Source: Azolla caroliniana
Lineage: Eukaryota; Plantae; Polypodiophyta
DNA: 28,426 nucleotides
Direction of reading: 5' to 3'
Assembly (NCBI GenBank): GCA_043228905.1
Contig: JBHGNT010000397.1
Coordinates: 1-28,426 of the forward strand
The notes below the pieces were generated by a model. That model ran no database searches. It saw only the letters and a program-made list of their open reading frames with translations, and was not told where the DNA came from. This document shows, piece after piece, positions 21,967 to 28,426 of the stretch. Both the position numbers and the translations under genes were made by a program. Positions within the stretch are counted from its first letter, which is position 1. Every line of letters starts with the position of its first letter.

Positions 21967-24170
21967 CGTTCGACCTATTGTGTGTATCGGCTACAACAGT
22001 CGGCTGTCGGCAGGTTAACACTCCGGAAAAAATACACATGAACATGGACTCAAGAATGCATAGCTCGCTTCCAATGGAAAAGCTCGATAGGAGAAACTAC
22101 GCATCTTGGTTGTATAAGATACATGTTGGGAGGCAAGCTCAACATGGGCCGAATCGGTTGAAGAAGCCGAGAGCCAAGAGCCGAATCGAATAGAGTTCAA
22201 TTCAGGTGTACCGAGTCAGATGAAATCCAAAAAGGCCGCTAGGGGCCTATATTCCTATTGTAGGAAATAGGAACATTAATTGAAAAATTAGAGTCAGGCT
22301 CATTTATGAGCAAAATTAGTGTCAACCCAATTGTCAGGGCTTGTATAAAAAGTGCTCATTGAGCACGGTGTATGTACAAAGTGTTCATTATTTCAAATTT
22401 AATAGTTGTTGTCTGCTCTCTCTCTCTCTCTCACTGTGTCTCTATTCTCTTTGTTTACCTAATTGTCAAGTTTAGAATAATGAGCTGTGTACTCGGTGTC
22501 CATCTTCCACACACGAATGTTTTCACAATGCACCAGTACCACCCCAGACACAAGTATTGGAGCTATGTCTAAGGAGCTAACGACGCAGCACCAGAGTTGA
22601 CATATAGAGATTTTTCGACCTGGGAATAGGCAGCAAGCAGAGTGTTGTACTGCGTTGCATCTTGTGTGAGCGACCAACAACTTGGCTATATCCAAGATGC
22701 CAAGACGCCAAAGGATGCTTGGGCGAATCAAAAAGGGATTTTCGTAGCAAGCACAATGGTTAGAAAGTTGTAGCTCAGACAGGAGTTGAACCCATCGAAC
22801 AAAGGGACATGTCGGTGGCCGATTACACCTTTGAGATCAAGGAGATATGCAACTCGCTTGGTTCCATCAATGTGACGGTGGAAGAGGATGAGATGGTGCA
22901 TATCTGTCTTGGAGGGTTACCTTGGAGTGTTGTCTCCACAAGATAGAATACACTGTCCTTCTTCGAGTTGTAGTCCATGCTTCTCGTAGAAGAGAATCAC
23001 ATGAGTGCATCGACGAGCATGCATGCCGAGAGCAACATGTTGTACACGGAGGTGGATTAGCCCTGTGGTCGTGGAGGACTTGGGCGACCCTCACTAGTTC
23101 CTCAGGATCAAAGTGATCTGCACCCTGTATGGCATATTGATCAGCCAACGATATTATGTGTTGAATACGAGAGGTGTACATGGTGCCGACTCCCAGATTC
23201 CAATCTGAATTGAACAAGTCGATAGTCTACTCGCTGAAGAAGTCCCTCTACGAAGTGAAACAAACCCCCCATGCCTGGAATGCAAAGATCACGTAGAGAT
23301 GGCATCAAGGTCAGATGGGGTTTAAGCCATTGAAGTCAGATTCTTTGTTGTTCATCAGGCATCGGTTAGCATATTTCTTTAGGTAGATGATTTGTTCATT
23401 GCCGGCACCGACCTAGAGGAAATCGGCTGCATCAAGTCTTAGCTGGGAGCATACTTTGAGATGAAGTACTTGGGGGACCTTCACTACTTCCTCGGGATTG
23501 AAGTGATTTGCACCTTGGAAGGCATATTGATCAGCCAATGAGACTATGTGTTGAATATGCTCTTCAAGTTCGGCATGAAGGATTGTTAATCCGTCTCAAC
23601 TCCTCTTGATAGGAATATCAAACTTCATCGTGGATCTGAGATGGCTTTTGACGTGACACGGTTCCGACAGATTGTCAGAAGCTTCATCTACATGCCGATT
23701 ACATGGTTGAACCTCAACTATCAAGATGGCTGGATCATTCAATTCATGTTGCAGAAAACATCTGATCACCTTCAATGCACACATCAGATATTGCTTTATG
23801 TGAGTGGCATGAAGGATCCAGAGTTACAATATAGGGCAAGTGTAGCCAAACAACTAGTTGGCTATACAGACGTTGATTGGACCGGAAGTGCATGTGATCG
23901 TTGATCAACATCAGGCTATGCCTTCTCTTTGGGGAGTGCAGCAATCATATGGTGTAACAAGAAGCAACCAACAGTAGCATTGTCGAGCATCGAGGCTGAG
24001 TATAGAGGCGTGGTTGTCCCTAAGTGCGAAGCCATTTGGCTTTAAAGGCTATTGAAGGATCTACGAGTAGAGTGATCTACTGTGTCAACCTTAGCAGTAT
24101 CTAGTTCGCGAAGAATCTTGTCTCTCATGCTCGGGTGAAACACATCGAAGTGCATTACCAGTTCGTGCCT
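21967..24170 (+). pseudogene. Older, heavily deleted host Copia: leader, gag, RT and RNase H remnants (PR and IN missing)
   Basis: MEKLDRRNYASWLYK, SRVLYCVASCVSDQ, MSVADYT, EVYMV, EMKYLGDLHYFLGIEVI, VGYTDVDWTG, KHIEVHYQFV. Confidence 0.88.
22124..22527 (+). mobile_element. Solo LTR (same family as 16710-17185) inside a Copia gag
   Basis: TGTTGGGAGG...TTTCACA flanked by ATACA (22119-22123) and ATGCA (22528-22532). Removing it restores gag ...NYASWLYK(M/I)HQY...YWSYV. Confidence 0.88.
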
Positions 24171-25842
24171 GAGTAAGTTCGTTTCTCCGGCTGCTGCTCC
24201 GTTGACTGTTGCTGTTGCTCCTGCTTCTGCACGGTCTCCATCTCTTCTGGGCGTTGCTCCTCTGATAGCTGCTGTCTGGCTCTCGGTGCCGACGGTTGTT
24301 GCGGATATTCCTCCCTTGGCTGCTCCTCCTGAGTTAAATCCGGTTGGCTTGTTCAAGCCTTGCCTCTGTCCGTCCTTTGCTTTGACGCTGGCTCTTCATC
24401 ACTGAGATTGATTGTTGCCACACTCTTCGTCGCCTCTTGCAGTAGCCTCTCCTTTCCATAACTTTCAAACCGGATTTGGTTATCCAGCCGATCATCGTCC
24501 AGTTGTGCCACTAGTTGCCGGACCACTGCTATCTGTTCATCAGCCAACACTACGAAGTCATTTGCCAATTCATCTTTCACGGCAGCAAAGTCTTCCTTTT
24601 CCAGCTTATAGAACTCATCTCCTTCCCTTTGCCGGTTTTCTGCGTCCACCCTCAACAAATGTAGCTCGGCAGCATGCTTTGCCCATTTCGACCACCATAA
24701 TATTGAGCTGTCTTCAATCAAGCGCTTTGTTTGATTCTTCCATGCTTGTACAATGCTCCAGGCCCATCTTTGATTTGTCTTCTGCGGCCTGCCGTTCATC
24801 TTTCAACTGTTTGATCAGGTTGGCAGTTACCACCTCCTGGTCCTTGTAGCGCAACAATTGATTCTGATTGGTTGTCTGCACTCTTTGTAAGGCCATGGTG
24901 GCGCGTTCCGTTTCCGCATGATGTTGCATCTGGAGTTCCATGCATTCCTGCACCGCTTCAGCTCGTATGTTTGCCTTCTCAGCCTATTCTTCCGCTAGTG
25001 CCATCTCCGCTCATTGTAGTTCGTTCCGGAGCTCGAATATCTTCTCCTGTTGCCGGTCGCTGTCGGTGATGAGCTTCTTGTATTCCGTCTCGACATGTTT
25101 ATAATCCTGGTGCAGGCGGTCAAAATCGTCTGTTTTCTGCTTCAGCTTCTGATTGATTTGGCGGTGAGCTCGGTCTTCCCTATCCTTTTGCTACCGAAGC
25201 TCTTCTTTGAGCCTCTCTATCTCTGTTTCCGCCATCCTTCGGAGTTTATCCTTCTCTTGCAACAATTTTTCTCTCTTCCTTAAGCCGGTCATAGGCTTGG
25301 TGTCCCTTCCATAGGCTTTCTTCTGCTTGGCGGAGGTTGTTGGCAGTCTTCCGTTGTTCCTCCTCCGCCGCCATTTCTAATTCTCTTTCCCTGGCCCGTA
25401 ATGCTTCCTGTGTGGCCATGTCTTCTTTGAGAATGGCAAGCTCTTGTGCTTGCGCTGTAATTGTATCCGGAATTATTTCTGTCACTGGGGTCGTATTATT
25501 ATGTCCAGTTGTCGGTGTTTCATTATTTTGTACATGTACCGGAGCCACCGGTTCTTGTTCCTAGGGGTCCTGTTACGACCATCTTAGCCAATTCTTCCGT
25601 GGCTATTTCCAATTCTTGTTCCAAGCTCCGGATGCTTGATCGGGCCTTCTCTAGTTCTCCGGTTGTGGCTAGCAACCGGTCCAATTGTGCTTTCTCTTCG
25701 GCCTCCATATAATGGACCACTCCGGCTATTTGCTCACCAATCCACTGCAGCCTTTGGCTATCAGTGCCTTGTTGCTATGTCCGCGCGGAGGGTTGGCCGA
25801 TTTCTGCGCTTGCAAGTGGCTGATCTTGTTTGGTTACGTCGA

Positions 25843-25932
25843 TTGGCAACTCTGGCTCCGGTTGGTTACCACTTGGCAGTTCCGGCTCTGGTTGTGCCTC
25901 AGTTGGCCGTTCCGGCTTTGGTTGGTCCTAGT
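25843..25932 (-). repeat. 30-bp tandem repeat x3 encoding QPEPELP-type decapeptides
   Basis: Plus-strand units start TTGGC at 25843, 25873 and 25903. Minus translation DQPKPERPTE AQPEPELPSG NQPEPELP. Confidence 0.85.
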
Positions 25933-26585
25933 GTGCTGGTGGTGTAGACAACTGAATCACCGGCTCCTGAATCACGGGTCTTGTTATGTCCTGAACCGCC
26001 GTCGTAGCCTGATACGTAGGGAATTCTGTGACCGGTTCTGTTCGAACCGGTTCCGATTCCACCCTTGGCTCTAGGCCCTCAGTGCATGATCTGCATTGCT
26101 CTTCTTCTAGCGCCGCTGGAGGTGCTTGCTAGGCTCCTCCTCCGTTTCCTCCTCCTGAGTCCCAAGATTGATTTTCATTGCCAAGGGATTTGGCTCCTGT
26201 TGACTTGGTCAGCGCAATGTAATCTTTATTGGCCGTGCCGGTGTTTCCTCCTGCGTCTCCGCCTGGTTAGGCCTCTCTTTCGCCGTTTTTTAAGTGTCAG
26301 CCTCCTTCCCTTTGGTTGCCTTAGTACCCAATAACTGCTACCGTTTTGAATCCGTTTTGGGGGTTCCTTCGGTTGATCTCCCCCGCTTCTTCGCCGTGAT
26401 GGGCTCCACTGGTGGTGCTAACAGTGTGATCCATTGCGCCACCGCCATCCATATTTTTCTGCCATACTTCCCTCTTACCGAGTCGATGGCCGCATGCAGT
26501 CCGTCGGCGATCAACACCGACCAGTCCACCTGTATACCCTCATATGTGGCTATAATTAAACCGGCTTTGTTCCTAGGCATTGCCG

Positions 26586-26609
26586 AGGGTTGAGGGTTTA
26601 GGGTTTAGG
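26586..26609 (+). repeat. Short interstitial plant-telomere-like tract
   Basis: AGGGTTG AGGGTTT AGGGTTT AGG. Confidence 0.8.
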
Positions 26610-27056
26610 CACATGGCCAAACTCATGGAGTACACGAGCAATCTCTCGGAATAAGCCATCCTCGCTGCCCTGTGTGCGATATGCCTTGCTGGCCAGAGAG
26701 TACTCACCGAAGTATTTCGTGAGCTACTTCGGGGTAGGGTTGTCGATGGTGAAGATGCCGCCTTCGGGTAGGCCCGTCAGGGCACGGATTGCCTCCTCTG
26801 TGATTACATCTGTGTCGATGTCTTTGACAACCTTTTCCGCCTCTCTGTGTGGTGGTGCCTCCGTGTTGTTTCAACCACTTCTTGGCTGCCTCAGAGAGCG
26901 GCATGCAGTCCATTTCTCCTTCTGAGTCGGTGGGTGTTGTAATCGCTTGTGTGCATTTGCAATTCTCTGTTCGCGAATTGAGAAGGCCTCCATGCGGTGG
27001 AGGTTTTCTTCCTGCATGTTGGCGCCTTTCTCGATTCCTGTGCATGCGCACTTCGT

Positions 27057-27124
27057 GTACTATAATAGCAATGAAGTGCCACGTGGCGGAGTTTTAATGC
27101 GATATAAATAGCCCACTACGTGGC
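27057..27124. promoter_or_regulatory. Possible internal promoter between pol and the extra ORF
   Basis: Perfect G-box palindrome GCCACGTGGC (27078-27087), a second ACGTGGC (27118-27124), and TATA-like ATATAAATA (27102-27110) between them. Confidence 0.4.
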
Positions 27125-27269
27125 TTCTCAAAGTGCCCGTTCACTCCTCCCTTGTCATGGCATGTGGTCGTTCACTCCTTGCTATCGCATGATTTGGGTT
27201 TGATTTGATCTGATTCGACTTTCTTTCTTTCTTTTTTCTTTTTTTCTTTTATTTTAAAATTCGATCTTG

Positions 27270-28426
27270 TTAATCCGTATCCGGACCCTTCTCCGGATTG
27301 TGGTCCCTTTCACCAGTTTCGTGCTTGCCGATTGCTTGACCGGTTATCGTCTCGTCGTGCTTACCGGTGTCCGGTTCGGTGTCAGCCTTTGTTTGTTCAA
27401 ACGGGTTTCTTGGCATGGGTCCATAGTATGGTTTGAGTCGAAACCCATTGACCCATTGACCCATAACTTCTCCGGCGAGTGTCCCTAGTTGGTAGGAACC
27501 GTTGAACTCTCATGTAATCCAATATAGTCTGGTCCACCGAAACCGTAGCTTCCCCGGCATCTTACCCATCCGGGTCTGGAATACAAGTACCGGCTTGCCG
27601 ATCTTGAACATTTTTTCGTTACCATTCCGGTGTCGATCAACGAACGCTTTCCTTCTCCGTTGCTCCAATTCCATGTGCATCAGGTTGGCTATCCGATGTT
27701 CCTCTAGTTCGCATAGTGCTGCTAGCCGGATTGTTTCCGGCTCCTCGTTTAGGCGTTCCCGAACCTGTAACCACAAACTGGGAACCTGGAATTCGATCGA
27801 CATTACCGCCCAATCCGAATGCTAATCGGAAAGGAGTTGTCCGGATACTTGTCTTATATGTTGTCCGGTAGGCCCAGAGTGCACTGTGCAGCTTTGTATC
27901 CTAATCCGTCCGGTTCTCATTGATGATTTTCCGCAGGATGTTTTGTAGCGTCTTATTTGTGGATTCGGCTAATCCGTTGGCTTGCAGATAATACAAAGTG
28001 CTTCGATTGTGCACCACCGCATAGAATGTCATCAAGCTCTCCACCACTTGTCCTAGGAAATGCCCACCTTGGTCGCTAATTAGCTCGATCAAACATTCAT
28101 ACCGGCACCAGATATATTCATATAAAAACTTTGTCGTGGATGCTGCGGTGTTGTCACGTAGTGCTTTGGCCTCCACCCACTTGGTGCAGTAGTCCGTAGC
28201 GACAATCACATATTGGTTGCCGGTTCTCATTGCTGGTGGTTTAAATGGGCCGATGAGGTCCAACCTCCATTTCTGAAATGATTCCAATGGTAGCACTGGC
28301 TGGTGAGGCATTGTTGCATGTTCCGTTGGTTGGCCCATCCGTTGACATAAATCGCATTCTTTAGCATTCGGAATGGCATCTTTTAATGTTGTCGGCCACC
28401 ATAGGCCACTCTGCCATATTTTCCTT
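27270..28426 (-). pseudogene. Ty3/gypsy integrase (Athila/Tat-like, no chromodomain)
   Basis: GLWWPT...CDLCQR, FQKWRLDLIGPF, ATDYCTKWVEAKAL, LISDQGGHF, QANGLAESTNK, ALWAYRT, KLRFRW, VNGFRLKPY. Confidence 0.95.

Larger units (their letters stand above)
24170..27017 (-). pseudogene. Disrupted extra ORF (about 900 codons) downstream of pol: globular N-terminus, P/E-rich linker, long coiled coil
   Basis: Minus-strand ORF pieces 26338-26580, 25523-25720, 25246-25548, 24714-24953, 24353-24799 and 24042-24356 can be stitched across stops and frameshifts. The composition is E/K/Q/R/L/A-rich heptad-like. Confidence 0.75.
24170..28426 (-). mobile_element. Non-chromoviral Ty3/gypsy, 3' internal region; continues beyond the window end; 3' LTR absent
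   Basis: Integrase followed by a spacer and a large same-sense extra ORF. It abuts the Copia RNase H at about 24170 without an LTR. Confidence 0.88.

Noticed and set aside
24202-26925. Numerous plus-strand ORFs (e.g. 24412-24849, 25685-26074, 26674-26925)
   Set aside because: These are antisense shadows of the minus-strand extra ORF.

Overview
Eukaryotic, almost certainly land-plant DNA. The element types are most consistent with a moss such as Physcomitrium, which is my inference and unverified. The first 2.3 kb holds the last three coding exons of a spliced nucleoside-phosphorylase-fold gene (bark-storage-protein/MTAN-like), with Copia debris in one intron. From about 3.5 kb onward the window is a nest of decayed LTR retrotransposons. 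(1) An old Ty3/gypsy remnant has its 3' LTR interrupted by a complete 5.26-kb chromovirus (5058-10318, perfect ACACT TSD). (2) A mosaic follows: Copia RT, a second chromovirus 3' end and a minus-strand Tnt1/Tork-like Copia 5' end. (3) A rearranged, partly duplicated cluster of one Copia family is nested in its own relatives (13.65-24.2 kb). (4) A minus-strand non-chromoviral Ty3/gypsy has integrase followed by a large extra ORF (globular N-terminus plus long coiled coil). The most notable signal is in the complete chromovirus. It has no tRNA PBS but carries an 11-nt PBS complementary to its own predicted transcript 5' end (Tf1-type self-priming), with U5-leader pairing and a -1 frameshift cassette. 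All element ORFs are disrupted. No rRNA, tRNA or CRISPR was seen.
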